DNA from: Octopus bimaculoides
Taxonomy: Eukaryota
Reading direction: 5' to 3'
Length of the DNA: 64,000 nt
NCBI RefSeq assembly: GCF_001194135.2
Contig: NC_068983.1
Coordinates: 155,321,852 to 155,385,851 of the forward strand
Below, in pieces: positions 12,914-25,640 of the stretch (positions are counted from its first letter, which is position 1; the number at the start of each line of letters is the position of its first letter). The notes below the pieces were generated by a model. That model did not search any database. It saw nothing but the letters and a program-made list of their open reading frames with translations, and was not told where the DNA came from. The position numbers and the translations under genes are program-made.

Positions 12914-13605
12914 TGTGATAGAGATGTTTTCTCACCAATACGTAACGCTAACGGATGCAGCCTTAAGTTGGCGACTTTGCGTTACCTTACTACTGACGCT
13001 AAGTGGTTAACCCTGACCGAAATAGATTCTGAGCTTGTTTCAACTGTCTTCTTGATTTGTCAAGTCTAGAGAATGTCCGCCCGAAATATTGATAGATTAA
13101 AGTAAATGTCGTTTATTATAAGACAAGAATCTTTGCGTTGTTGACAGCTTCTTAAGTTCACCTTCTAAAAACACAGTACTTCTTAAAATTTCATACGCGT
13201 GCGCGCGCTACATTGCAGATTATCAGAACTACGAGAAAATAATTGTATTTCACCGCTCATCATCATCATCGTTGTCGTGGTCGCCGTCGACATCAACCCC
13301 AACAGTAACAGTAGGACAGAGATGCAATGAAATTTGAACAACATCGAGAATAGCCGTTAAAGGAATTTATTTGTGCCACGTAGAAGCTTCTAAAAGCAAT
13401 TCCAAAAACAGTGACATTGTGATGTAGAGATGTTTTCTCGCCAATACGAGGTGACCAAAATATATTCTGGTTGTGACTCTCGGTTGGCGGATGGGAGTTA
13501 CGTGGCTACAATCTTTACTTGTAAGTATAGTCGTCAAAATATATTCAAAGTTCATCTCAATAACTTACTATAAGACAAGAAGAATCTTTGCGCTGTTGAC
13601 AGCTT
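12914..13605 (+). repeat. Two diverged direct copies of an unclassified ~200-250 bp repeat
   Basis: tagagatgttttctc(a/g)ccaatacg occurs at ~12914 and ~13418. tataagacaagaa(gaa)tctttgcg(t/c)tgttgacagctt occurs at ~13117 and ~13569. Confidence 0.6.
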
Positions 13606-14734
13606 AAAGGTTCTGAGCTTAAAATAACGGCAGACTAAATATATGTCATTTATTGTATTCAAACGGAAATAAAAAAAAAACCAAACCACCAACACCAGGA
13701 TACCTCTCAGCCAACAACAACGCTTTGCTCGAGTGGTCCCTGATATCCGGAAACAACTTAAAAAGAAGTCTCCAAGCGGTGCTATTAAGTTAGTCATGGC
13801 ATGGACCGATGGTCTAAGTTATCTTAGTCATCCTGTTGACATCTTGATAGCTTTACACGAAATTATAGAGAGTGACATTTGCTCATTGTGCAACGAAACA
13901 GAACCGAAACCGGAATCCCATAATTGCGAAGCAGACTTCTTAACCACTCGGCTATACTGGGTCCTGAAACTACGTGCTGATGAATATACCGAAATATTGC
14001 TATTGACGGCTTAAACCTATATTATAACAAAACTGTTTTATATATAAATATATGCATATATACATATCCCCACTCAGACATTTAAGTTTTGTGTCCACAA
14101 GTTAACGTGAATATATAAAGTTGCTTTGTTGAAATAACCAAACCCGACTCGACTCCCACAGAAAAAAAAAAAAAAATGTATGAAATATATAAAAAATTGA
14201 CATTACACCATACTGGCATAATTTACAATTATATCATGTTCTGCAATAAACATATTTTTGGCCGCCTCGTCTAGCGCCATATATCAAAATGTTCGCAGCG
14301 TTCAATGCAGTATTTACATTATTTTCATCTTTTCTTTCTTTTTATTTTTACCTCTTTTTTTCTTCTCTGCCGCCAATGCACATGCACATACAAATCTCGG
14401 AAAATACAAATGCGCCTTCCCACATACAGACACGCACATAGATATATGTATGTACAAGAATAAATATAAATGGATATATGTGTATACACACACACACACA
14501 CACACACATACACACAGATATCTGTAAATTTAGACATACATATACAGACGTACGACCAAAAGTGAAATAGCACCTATCGTGTTTCGTAGATGTTTATGTG
14601 TGTTAAGACTTTGACTCAGATTCGCATTACTAAAGCTTCACAGCAGTAAGCAAAACATTCCTGATCGCTCTGGATAGTAAAGCAGGGTTATGTGATTCTA
14701 GAACTAAATATTAATACAAAAAAAGTATGACATG

Positions 14735-14798
<64 letters not shown>

Positions 14799-14987
14799 TG
14801 CACAAAATAGCTAACAATTAATATAGTCAATTAATCGGGCATATCACAATTACATTTCACAGAACAAAGCGTTCAACACAATAAATAGTTTAAAAATACT
14901 TGCATATATTTAGAGTGTCTTACACAGAATTTGATTTGCTATGTGTAGTACATTCGTAAGTTGACAATCGAGATATATTAAAATATA

Positions 14988-16248
14988 TACCAAGGTCAGT
15001 CAGAAATTCTTTCGGATTTTCACTGATGAATTTTTGTAACTTGTCTCTCCATGTTATATCATAAATGATGCAATCTGTTGTTCAACTGTTGTTGAATTCT
15101 TTATTCCTTATTTTTATTTATAATATATATAGACATTGATTGAGCTTCCTTATTTTGCACTTTGATAATGAGTGATGAAAAAACGGCAACTAGAGCCATG
15201 TTACACTACCACTGGAAAAGAGGACAGCGTACAAGGGAAGCTACAAAAGAAATCAATGATGTGGAAGGCCCGGGAACTGTCAATGGATTTGTAGTCCAGA
15301 CGTTTCAAGGAAGGTGACACCAACCTCAAAGACAAACGAAGGTTAGGAAGGCCTTCTGTTGTGGAAGATGAAGCCTTGTGTGAAATGGTTGAACAATAGC
15401 CAAGCACTAGTATATTGCCGGTAGCACTTGGTTCCTCACAAAGCACCATCAGTCGCCAGCTCCATAAGCTTGGCTTTGTGAACAGACGCAGTCGAGAGGC
15501 TCCTTATGAACTGAACAATGACCAAGCTGAACGACATGTAAACATTTGCGAATAAATGCTGGCAAATCTTCGAGATGCCTATTTTTGGCGTCGAATTACA
15601 ATTGAGGATGAAAAATGGATTTATTTTCGTAATCTTAATAAAAGAAATGAGAGATTTTGTTCCGACGTGGCTTCAGAACCAGTTATCAAATAAAGGTGGT
15701 TTGATCAGAAGGTCGAATTGTGTGTTCGGTGCAATTTTGAGAGATTACTGTACCTTGAGCTTGTCCTAGACGGTCATGTGAACACTAATGTTCATTAACT
15801 GCAGCGAGTATATGATACATTGAAAGTCTGTTACCCGACATTGGTCAATCGAAGACGCGCACTCCTACAGCATGGCAATACCTTAGCGCACACTGTCAAT
15901 GTGACCAAGCGCATATCTGAGGAACTTGAGGATTTGAAAGTGCTGCCTCACTCTGCCTACAGTCCAGACGTTGCACAATCAGATTACCACCTTTTCCAAG
16001 CCACAGCTCTTATCCTGCGCGGACGGAGGTTCAACAATGTGGATGACGTAGGAAAAAGGTGCAGGGAGTTTTTTTGCCTCTAAATCAGCCAAACAGTATA
16101 ACATAGAATATAGCTTTTGGCACAACGAAGGCAACAGACAATATAATATGATGGGATATATTTTGACGAATAAACGCTTTTCGTGTGTAATTTGTTTGAA
16201 CTATGAATTAAAGCTTGAAATACGAAAAAAATTTTGATTCAGCCTGCT
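14988..16248 (+). mobile_element. Decayed mariner (DD34D) transposon, ~1.26 kb; transposase pseudogene 15168-16173
   Basis: Interrupted frames give MSDEKTATRAMLHYHWKRG, RRITIEDEKWIY (ITGDEKW motif), LLQHGNTLAH (LHDNARPH motif) and YSPDVAQSDYHLF (YSPDLAPSDYHLF motif). Degenerate ~27-bp TIRs lie at both ends. Many stops and frameshifts. Confidence 0.92.
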
Positions 16249-16332
16249 ACTTATTGATCTCATATCTATCATGCATACACATATACGTACATATGCCCAC
16301 ACATTCGTGTATGTATATATATGTGTGTGGGT

Positions 16333-16366
<34 letters not shown>

Positions 16367-16547
16367 GAGAGGGGGAGGGAGAGAGAGAGAGAGAGAGGGG
16401 GAAAGGGAGAGAGAAAAAGGAAGAGTGAGAGAGAGGGCGTGTGTTTGTGCGGGTGTATAAGGGAGTTGAAACAGATTAATACATTTATTGTTATTATTTC
16501 AGTAAAAGCATTCGCATTCATTGTTTTCCACCACAAATATTCCTTTT

Positions 16548-16703
16548 AATTTTGGTACAAGGCCAGTAATTTTGAAGGGAGGAAAAGTCGATTACATAGA
16601 CGCAATTGCTTAACACCTAAAGGATAAATGACCTCAACTTTATTTGAACTCCAAACGTCAGGAACAGCTAAAATGTTTGTGCTAACGATACTGCTAGCTC
16701 GCC
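16548..16703 (-). mobile_element. SINE family B (diverged)
   Basis: Reverse complement of the family B head and tail. Confidence 0.7.
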
Positions 16704-17833
16704 ACAGATTCATAAAATTCAATTCACAGAGGAAAAGCCTAGCGTCTATAGATTTGTACGAGAAGATCGTAAACCAATATATTTTACATTTATCCACTTG
16801 TCATGATAATCATGACAAGTGAAGCAGATGAAAATAGAATAAAAGAAACTGAGCGAGAAGGAATAAAAATAAAGGTAAAAAAGAGGTATGAGGGGTGATA
16901 ACGATACATACATACCCGAGAGTAGAACCTAGAAGTGACTCACAACCTCCAATGTCAAGAAGACAAGGTCAAGTAACATATATATATATATATATATATA
17001 NNNNNNNNNNNNNNNNNNNNNNNNNNNNNNNNNNNNNNNNNNNNNNNNNNNNNNNNNNNNNNNNNNNNNNNNNNNNNNNNNNNNNNNNNNNNNNNNNNNN
17101 NNNNNNNNNNNNNNNNNNNNNNNNNNNNNNNNNNNNNNNNNNNNNNNNNNNNNNNNNNNNNNNNNNNNNNNNNNNNNNNNNNNNNNNNNNNNNNNNNNNN
17201 NNNNNNNNNNNNNNNNNNNNNNNNNNNNNNNNNNNNNNNNNNNNNNNNNNNNNNNNNNNNNNNNNNNNNNNNNNNNNNNNNNNNNNNNNNNNNNNNNNNN
17301 NNNNNNNNNNNNNNNNNNNNNNNNNNNNNNNNNNNNNNNNNNNNNNNNNNNNNNNNNNNNNNNNNNNNNNNNNNNNNNNNNNNNNNNNNNNNNNNNNNNN
17401 NNNNNNNNNNNNNNNNNNNNNNNNNNNNNNNNNNNNNNNNNNNNNNNNNNNNNNNNNNNNNNNNNNNNNNNNNNNNNNNNNNNNNNNNNNNNNNNNNNNN
17501 NNNNNNNNNNNNNNNNNNNNNNNNNNNNNNNNNNNNNNNNNNNNNNNNNNNNNNNNNNNNNNNNNNNNNNNNNNNNNNNNNNNNNNNNNNNNNNNNNNNN
17601 NNNNNAAGAAATCCCTAATTACTTCCCCCTATCTAGAACTCTTCTTTCTCAGACTGGAGCGAACAGGTTACAATGAAGTAGAGAAATTTGAAAAGACAAC
17701 ACGAAACCGGTTATTTCTCAAAATACAATGTTTATATACCAAAAAGATTTTATAACATTTTTCTAACATTTTCTGACATATTTTAAATATATACTTTAAC
17801 CATGTAACACAAGCCTTCTGTAGTTTTCTCACC

Positions 17834-17884
<51 letters not shown>

Positions 17885-18317
17885 ATATGCACTAGCAGAG
17901 AGCAACATGTATAATGTGCCCATACACACACATATCTGCATATATTTCAGCAGTAAAAATAAACAACCTTTCCATTCGTCCACCTGTACATTCTTTCTTC
18001 CATCTTTTTCATGCATACACTCACACACCCACATACGTACATACATACACATATGAACGGTCAAACTCAAAACGCTCACACACACACACACACAGTGGGA
18101 TATTTGCTACTTACTTTTCAGTCAGTTCACTGCACAGAACCTGTCTTTTGCATTCCCATACATTGTCATATGCCACCTGGTGCTTTATTGTTCAACAAAC
18201 TATTCATTTGCTGAACTTTTGCCATTTTTTTCCCTCCAAGACCAGGGAATTTCACAGGAACATACTTTACTGACAGACAGCTCATTTTTAGTAAACACCA
18301 ATATATCTTTATTTCTT

Positions 18318-18318
18318 A

Positions 18319-18361
<43 letters not shown>

Positions 18362-18539
18362 ATGTGTTGCATATACGCATGTCTTTCAATGACTCTCTCT
18401 CTCCTCCTCTCTCCCTCTCTCTCTCCCCTCTCTCTCTCCCCCTCTCTCCCTTCCGTTCCCCTCCCCCTCTCTCTCCTTTTGTATCGAATATTTTTTGCTC
18501 TCTCTTTCTCCCATTGTGTCTATATTGCTGTTATTGTTG

Positions 18540-18590
<51 letters not shown>
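18318..18590. repeat. Compound microsatellite (CTAT)n, (CT/C)n, (ATT)n
   Basis: Direct inspection. Confidence 0.9.
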
Positions 18591-18591
<1 letters not shown>

Positions 18592-18898
18592 TGCTGACCT
18601 TCATTTCGTATATTATACATAGCTCTTTGCATGAGTGTTTGTGCGAGTGTAGGTACGAGCGTGTGTCTCTATGTGTGCACGTGCGCGCGCGTGCATACAC
18701 ACGCATGCACACACACACACACACATATACACACATAATCATACCCGCTCACACGCACACAATCATACCTATACACACAGATCAGCAGTCCATTTTAAGA
18801 TGCATGCTCAATGAAACAGTTCATGTTCCTAACATTTAGCAATGTCGTCTCTGAATTCAGAGTGATCTAATTTTCAAACACATCTATTTCTCTACGGC

Positions 18899-18968
<70 letters not shown>

Positions 18969-19042
18969 CGACTATGTTTCTTTTATCTATTTCAGACACA
19001 GGATTGCAGCTATACTGGGACACTGACTTAAAGGGTTTATTC

Positions 19043-19404
19043 TCGTGGCTCTTAACCCTTTTTTTAATGTATGGACCCCTTTGATTACTAAATTATCCTG
19101 GTGGACCCCATAGCAATTCAATGTTTAAACACCAGTTTTATAGAAACATCTTTCAAAATTCTTACTTTGTCGTTCATTCGTTCACTTGCGTAGGTTTGCT
19201 ACAGTACTCTTTTGGAGAACAATACTAAAACAGGTTGTACTCTCTTAAGCGTCAAAGAAAGAAAACCTTGCTGGTTCTTGCAACAAACATATCTAAAGCA
19301 AAACTTTTTCTCGGACCCTCGAGTTGCTACTGTGGTTCCCCATTGACTATTTTGCTTGCGTGGACCCCAAATTATCTTACACGGACCTCGGTTGAGAACC
19401 ACTG
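19043..19404. mobile_element. hAT (Charlie-like) MITE remnant; related partial copy at ~20575-20858
   Basis: Right end GGTTGAGAACCACTG (reverse complement CAGTGGTTCTCAACC), with a degenerate left end cgtggctcttaacc. The internal ctttcaaaattc and gtggaccccaaatt motifs recur at 20.58-20.86 kb. No TSD seen. Confidence 0.5.
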
Positions 19405-19704
19405 GACTAGATGCTCATAGGTGGAATATTTTGGTTGAAGCTCGACTGAACCAGATCTGTCTGAGACTAAAACAACAATCATGGAAAAACTCATGGCCCA
19501 GCAAGGGAGTCGCTCTGTGGTAGCTTGACTTGCAAGAAGTAACAGCTGAATTTTCTTTAAATTTTCCTCCATCGCCTTAAAACAGGTAGGACACATTAAG
19601 TAACTTAGCACCGGATACAATTGGGCTAAAACAAAACAATGTAATACAATAATCATGACTGACAAGCATTTAATCATAAATCTGTTTGAGCAACGGATAC
19701 GCAG

Positions 19705-19749
19705 TTGCTGCTGCTTCTACTGTTGTTGCTGCTGCTGCTGCTACTACTG

Positions 19750-19797
<48 letters not shown>

Positions 19798-19877
19798 ATA
19801 CTACTACCACCACCACTACTACTACCATCACCACTACTACTACCACCACCACTACTACTACCACCACCACTACTACT

Positions 19878-19927
<50 letters not shown>

Positions 19928-19930
19928 CAC
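19705..19930. repeat. Compound trinucleotide microsatellite (GCT)(ACT)(ACC)
   Basis: Direct inspection. It explains the poly-T, L, V and S ORFs in the track. Confidence 0.95.
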
Positions 19931-20148
19931 ACCAGTTTACATTATTTACATTATTTACAATTGACGGATATTTGTCCACGGGCATATGGCGTAGTGGTTA
20001 AGAGCGCGGGCTACTAACCCCAAGATACCGAGTTCGATTCCAGGCAGTGACCTGAATAATAGTAATAATAATAGTAATGATAATAATATTAATAATAATA
20101 ATAGTAATGATATTAATAATAATAATAAAAATAATAATAATAATAATA

Positions 20149-20362
20149 AATATTCAGACAAATACATAACAAAAACACCAGGACTTACAAATATATATAA
20201 CATTCAGAAAATTGCACTACTGGGCACTGCACACATCCTACGCAAAACACTTTCAATACAGTAACCATAAGAGCATCACAGCAAACCATAGCACATACCC
20301 AAGGCACACAGAGCTGCGCTCGGTAGTGAAGTGAAAGCACGTTATAAAAATAAAACTACTGA
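20149..20362 (+). mobile_element. 5'-truncated R4/Dong-clade (RLE) non-LTR retrotransposon 3' end, inserted in (TAA)n
   Basis: Reads KYSDKYITKTPGLTNIYNIQKIALLGTAHILRKTLSIQ* (stop 20262-20264), the 'QK..LLGTA.ILR..L' terminus of R4-clade ORFs. It is flanked by TAA tracts, the known Dong target. Confidence 0.8.
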
Positions 20363-20449
20363 ACAATAATAATAACAACAACAACAACAACAACAACAAC
20401 ATCGAAAAATACCTTAGGAATGGGAACCCAGGTTCGAAACTTCCCCAAG

Positions 20450-20493
20450 ACACCTGATGAAGGCTGGAGGGTATATCAGCCGAAACGTTGATG
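20450..20493 (+). ncRNA. Minimal type I hammerhead ribozyme motif
   Basis: CTGATGA core at 20454-20460, one extra A, a perfect 5-bp stem II (GGCTG/CAGCC, 10-nt loop), GAAA at 20482-20485, palindromic ACGT helix III and a GUU triplet. Stem I (ACAC vs GATG) is imperfect in this copy. Confidence 0.65.
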
Positions 20494-21030
20494 GGAAACA
20501 AGGTGAGGACAAATATCTGTCAATTGTAAATTATGTACATAATTTCTCATTTCCTAAATATAGAACTGTATTATAGACACCTCTTTCAAAATTCGTATTT
20601 TGTTTTTCACCGATTCAGTAGTTTAGGGTCACCATAGCACTCACTGGGAGAAAATGTTTCAGTGACCAGAGAATGTTAAACTTTATGCAAAACGTTAGAG
20701 AAAGCCTCGTAGCTTTTCCTTGCAATAAATACAGCCAAAGCAAAACAGTTTTCGCGAATCCTTAGAATTCTACTGTGGATCCCAAATTTTGCTTGAGTGG
20801 ATTCCTCCAAAATGTTATACGGCCCCTCAGGGTAAATATGAACCCTGGTTGAGAACCTCTCTTTATTCTAACAAATTGACTCCTGTACTATAGTTTGTTT
20901 TAAAGTTTGGTGCTTATCCTATAAGTCTCTTTTGATGAGACTAGGTTAAGAGGGGTTAAGAGGACATAAAGAAGCCAAAACGGGGTTGCCAAACAGTCGT
21001 GGGACACCCCTCCTTCATGTTTATAAGACT

Positions 21031-21323
21031 AGCTTCGGCGATCTTTCGGTACTAGATCCCATAACTTCCGGCCGTAATGCGCACGCATACTGGTTACATT
21101 ATCGTGTAGTGTGTTTATGTGTTTAAAGTTTGAGAACTGTATGAATCTGAGGGAAGAAGGTTTGAGTTTAGTAGGCCATTCATTTTCTTTTTCTATTTAA
21201 TGTTGTCTTTTCATATTTTTAAGTCATTTGAAAACATAAACACACTATACGATAATGTAATCAGTATGCGTGCGCACAACGACCGGGAGTTATGGGATCT
21301 GGTACCGAAAGATCGCCCGGGCT
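21031..21323. mobile_element. MITE/foldback with ~95-bp TIRs
   Basis: ggcgatctttcggtactagatcccataact...gtgtttatg (21031-21126) is about 90% reverse-complementary to cataaacac...agttatgggatctggtaccgaaagatcgcc (21228-21323). Confidence 0.85.
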
Positions 21324-22544
21324 TCTTTCCATTTCTGTAAACCAAATCCACTACTTTGAGGTATCGTCAGTCTGAATCTGGAACCATGCGGTCGGGAAGC
21401 AAACATCTTACCGTACAGCCACGCCTGCACTCACACACTCACACGCACGCACGCACACACGGACACACGCACGCAGGCACGTGATTCATTCCTTACCGAT
21501 NNNNNNNNNNNNNNNNNNNNNNNNNNNNNNNNNNNNNNNNNNNNNNNNNNNNNNNNNNNNNNNNNNNNNNNNNNNNNNNNNNNNNNNNNNNNNNNNNNNN
21601 NNNNNNNNNNNNNNNNNNNNNNNNNNNNNNNNNNNNNNNNNNNNNNNNNNNNNNNNNNNNNNNNNNNNNNNNNNNNNNNNNNNNNNNNNNNNNNNNNNNN
21701 NNNNNNNNNNNNNNNNNNNNNNNNNNNNNNNNNNNNNNNNNNNNNNNNNNNNNNNNNNNNNNNNNNNNNNNNNNNNNNNNNNNNNNNNNNNNNNNNNNNN
21801 NNNNNNNNNNNNNNNNNNNNNNNNNNNNNNNNNNNNNNNNNNNNNNNNNNNNNNNNNNNNNNNNNNNNNNNNNNNNNNNNNNNNNNNNNNNNNNNNNNNN
21901 NNNNNNNNNNNNNNNNNNNNNNNNNNNNNNNNNNNNNNNNNNNNNNNNNNNNNNNNNNNNNNNNNNNNNNNNNNNNNNNNNNNNNNNNNNNNNNNNNNNN
22001 NNNNNNNNNNNNNNNNNNNNNNNNNNNNNNNNNNNNNNNNNNNNNNNNNNNNNNNNNNNNNNNNNNNNNNNNNNNNNNNNNNNNNNNNNNNNNNNNNNNN
22101 NNNNNNNNNNNNNNNNNNNNNNNNNNNNNNNNNNNNNNNNNNNNNNNNNNNNNNNNNNNNNNNNNNNNNNNNNNNNNNNNNNNNNNNNNNNNNNNNNNNN
22201 NNNNNNNNNNNNNNNNNNNNNNNNNNNNNNNNNNNNNNNNNNNNNNNNNNNNNNNNNNNNNNNNNNNNNNNNNNNNNNNNNNNNNNNNNNNNNNNNNNNN
22301 NNNNNNNNNNNNNNNNNNNNNNNNNNNNNNNNNNNNNNNNNNNNNNNNNNNNNNNNNNNNNNNNNNNNNNNNNNNNNNNNNNNNNNNNNNNNNNNNNNNN
22401 NNNNNNNNNNNNNNNNNNNNNNNNNNNNNNNNNNNNNNTATATATATATATATATGCATGTATGTAGGTACGTGTGTGTGTATGCAAATGTATACATGTA
22501 TATATGCATACATATATTTATTTACATCGATATATGTATATAAT

Positions 22545-22838
22545 CTTTTATTCTTTTACTTGTTTCAGTCATTTCACTGCGGCCATGCTGGAGCATCGCC
22601 TTGTAGGGGTTTTAGTTGAACACCACCACCTGGGGACTTATGTTTTAAGCCTAGTACTTATTCTATCATTCTTTTTGCTGGTCCGCTAAGTTACGGGGAC
22701 GTAAACACACCAACACTGGTTGTCAAGAGCTTATCTTCGCTTAGACTTTATCTTTTACTTGTTTCAGTCATTAGACTGTGACCATGCTGGGGCATCGCCT
22801 TGAAGAATTTTTATCGAACGAATCTACCCCAGTACTTA
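22545..22838 (-). mobile_element. Two adjacent SINE family A 3' fragments
   Basis: cttttacttgtttcagtcatt...gccatgctgg occurs at 22545 and again at 22746. Confidence 0.8.
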
Positions 22839-23560
22839 TAGGATCCTTTCTGTTTGGTGAGAATTTTAATTTTTGGTGTATTGAAGTAATTTACCACGCT
22901 GAATCTCAGGGGCTAATTCACTTTTCTCAGGTCTTTTTTTAATGTTACGAAGGTTTACAGTCAGATAATTTTTACCCAGTCAGAAAACAGGATTTCGAAG
23001 CTGTCATTTTGTGCGTGACTGCACATGTTCTAATCAGTAAACAATTGGAATATTGGCAGAATTCTGCTTTGCAAACGCCATACAACCCCTCATAATTTTT
23101 TAATGTTTTGGAATTTTCAGAAAAGCTTTACAAATTTGTATTCTGCGTACGGGAATTCATACGATTACGCAAAACATTTTTTGGTGCGAGATTTAAGACC
23201 TATCTAGCTATTATTTTTAGCACATTTCACGACTACCTTATACCTTATGCGTTTTAAGCATATAATAAGCGAAAAATGATCATGTGGGAAAGCAGCTTGG
23301 AAACAGTAAGGCTTGTTACTATGGAAATAGACACCTATATGTCTGTGGCTTTAGATTGACTAGAATTACCATTAATTTGCGATTAATTAAAGTTAACTAA
23401 CAATTTATTGATTTATGGCGAAAAAGGAATTTCAAGTCTATGATTACCATACAAAACTACATCAATCCACCAAATATGAAATCAATTGGAACAGTAATTG
23501 AAGAAATTGAAAAGTGGCAGTCAAATAGAAAAGATACTATTTATATTTTAAGCGTGGATT

Positions 23561-24159
23561 TTTATTCTGTCGGTGTCTTTTGCCGAACTGTTAAGTTAAG
23601 GGAACGTAAACACAGGCACACATGCATATACATACATACATACATACATGCAATCACACACAAACACATACACACAAATATATATATATATATATANNNN
23701 NNNNNNNNNNNNNNNNNNNNNNNNNNNNNNNNNNNNNNNNNNNNNNNNNNNNNNNNNNNNNNNNNNNNNNNNNNNNNNNNNNNNNNNNNNNNNNNNNNNN
23801 NNNNNNNNNNNNNNNNNNNNNNNNNNNNNNNNNNNNNNNNNNNNNNNNNNNNNNNNNNNNNNNNNNNNNNNNNNNNNNNNNNNNNNNNNNNNNNNNNNNN
23901 NNNNNNNNNNNNNNNNNNNNNNNNNNNNNNNNNNNNNNNNNNNNNNNNNNNNNNNNNNNNNNNNNNNNNNNNNNNNNNNNNNNNNNNNNNNNNNNNNNNN
24001 NNNNNNNNNNNNNNNNNNNNNNNNNNNNNNNNNNNNNNNNNNNNNNNNNNNNNNNNNNNNNNNNNNNNNNNNNNNNNNNNNNNNNNNNNNNNNNNNNNNN
24101 NNNNNNNNNNNNNNNNNNNNNNNNNNNNNNNNNNNNNNNNNNNNNNNNNNNNNNNNNNN

Positions 24160-24199
<40 letters not shown>

Positions 24200-24397
24200 C
24201 ACACACATACATATATACATACATGCGCACACTCACACACTACAGACACCTTTCAGCTTCTGTCTACCAAATTGACTCACAAGACTTTGGCCGACCTGAG
24301 GCTATTGTAGAAGACACTTACCCAAGGTGCCACGCAGAAGGACTGAACCTGGAACAATGTGGTTGGGAAAGAAACTTCTTACCGCTCAGCCACGCCT
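23561..24397 (-). mobile_element. SINE family A (diverged, internal gap)
   Basis: Reverse complement of the family A head (24240-24397) and body (23561-23620). Confidence 0.8.
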
Positions 24398-25222
24398 TCG
24401 CCAATGAGTGTATATAATTTGTGTGTGTATATATATATATATACGTGTGTGTGTGAGAGAGAGAGAGAATGTTTGTGTGTAAGTGTATTTATGTATGTAC
24501 TTCTGCGTATATAAATTCCGTATACGCTTGTATTACGATTAAATACATTTTACTTTTCCAGTAATCTCTTCCTCCTGTGCTCCTACTCTGTCTTTCTATC
24601 TGTCTATCACTCACCTAGTGTTTTCTATTTGCCTTCCTAAATATATAATTGCGTGTGTGTGTGTGCGTGCGTGCGCATTCAAATACAAAGAGGAAGGAAG
24701 AAAGAAAAGCAAAAGAGAGAGGGAGAGAGAGAGGAAAGAAAACTCATAAACGATTAAAATGAACTTTTTGACATTTAGATGGCAATAAGGGACAAAGGTC
24801 ACTTTACACAACCCACCTTATCTGTCTTTTATCACCAACAGCCACCCAATCTGCAACCACGCAAGCAATTTTTGGTCATTTAACAATTCTTTATGGTTTT
24901 CTGCCCCTTTTTTCCTTTCTTTTTCCCCGAAATTGGAAATGGTAAGCAGAGAATTATTTATAGCAATGGGAATGAATTATGCATGAATGTTGATTGATGA
25001 ATTATGGTGACCAAGAAATAAAATACCGAAAGATACATTAACAGAAATAAAGCCAGCAAAAACGAAATAATTTGTGATTCGTTGCTAGAATCAGCAAAAA
25101 CGGCAAGCAGTGGGAAATACTGTGATATTAAAGTCCTTCCACTTGGGTTCGATTCTCATTGAAATTCTTTAACGATGAATAATGTAACAGTCGATTATTT
25201 GCTCCATTCTAATTGCCCAGAG

Positions 25223-25640
25223 TGGAGGCGCAATGGCCCAGTGGTTAGGGCAGCGGACTCGCGGTCATAGGATCGCGGTTTCGATTCCCAGACCTGGCGT
25301 TGTGAGTGTTTATTTGAGCGAAAACACCTAAAGCNNNNNNNNNNNNNNNNNNNNNNNNNNNNNNNNNNNNNNNNNNNNNNNNNNNNNNNNNNNNNNNGAA
25401 CCCTGCTGTACTCCTTCACCACAACTTTCTCTCACTCTTACTTCCTATTTCTGTTGTGCCTGTAATTCAAAGTGTCAACCTTGTCACACTGTATCACGCT
25501 GAATATCCCCGAGAACTACGTTAAGGGTACACGTGTCTGTGGAGTGTTCAGCCACTTGCATGTTAAGTTCACGCGCAGGCTGTTCCGTTGATCGGATCAA
25601 CTGGAACCCTCGACGTCGTAAGCGACGGAGTGCCAACAAC
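25223..25640 (+). mobile_element. tRNA-derived SINE family C (full length)
   Basis: Head tggaggcgcaatggcccagtggttagggcagcggactcgcggtc...tttcgattcccagacc and tail gcgacggagtgccaacaac. Confidence 0.9.

Larger units (their letters stand above)
19947..20570 (+). mobile_element. tRNA-headed SINE-like element (family D) with a hammerhead motif and an inverted terminal segment
   Basis: Head at 19979-20055 has A box TGGCGTAGTGG, B box GAGTTCGATTCC and a GGG-CTACTAA-CCC anticodon-like hairpin. It is followed by an internal (TAA)n tract and the body from 20400. 19947-19977 is a 29/31 reverse complement of 20507-20537. Confidence 0.75.

Noticed and set aside
13975-14000. CTGATGA-atatacc-GAAA hammerhead-like string
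   Set aside because: No stem II or stem I pairing. Short core matches are expected by chance in AT-rich DNA.
19979-20055. tRNA gene calls for SINE heads (also 25223, 27231, 54877, 61954)
   Set aside because: A/B boxes are present, but there is no complete acceptor stem or terminator, and each head continues into a repeated SINE body.
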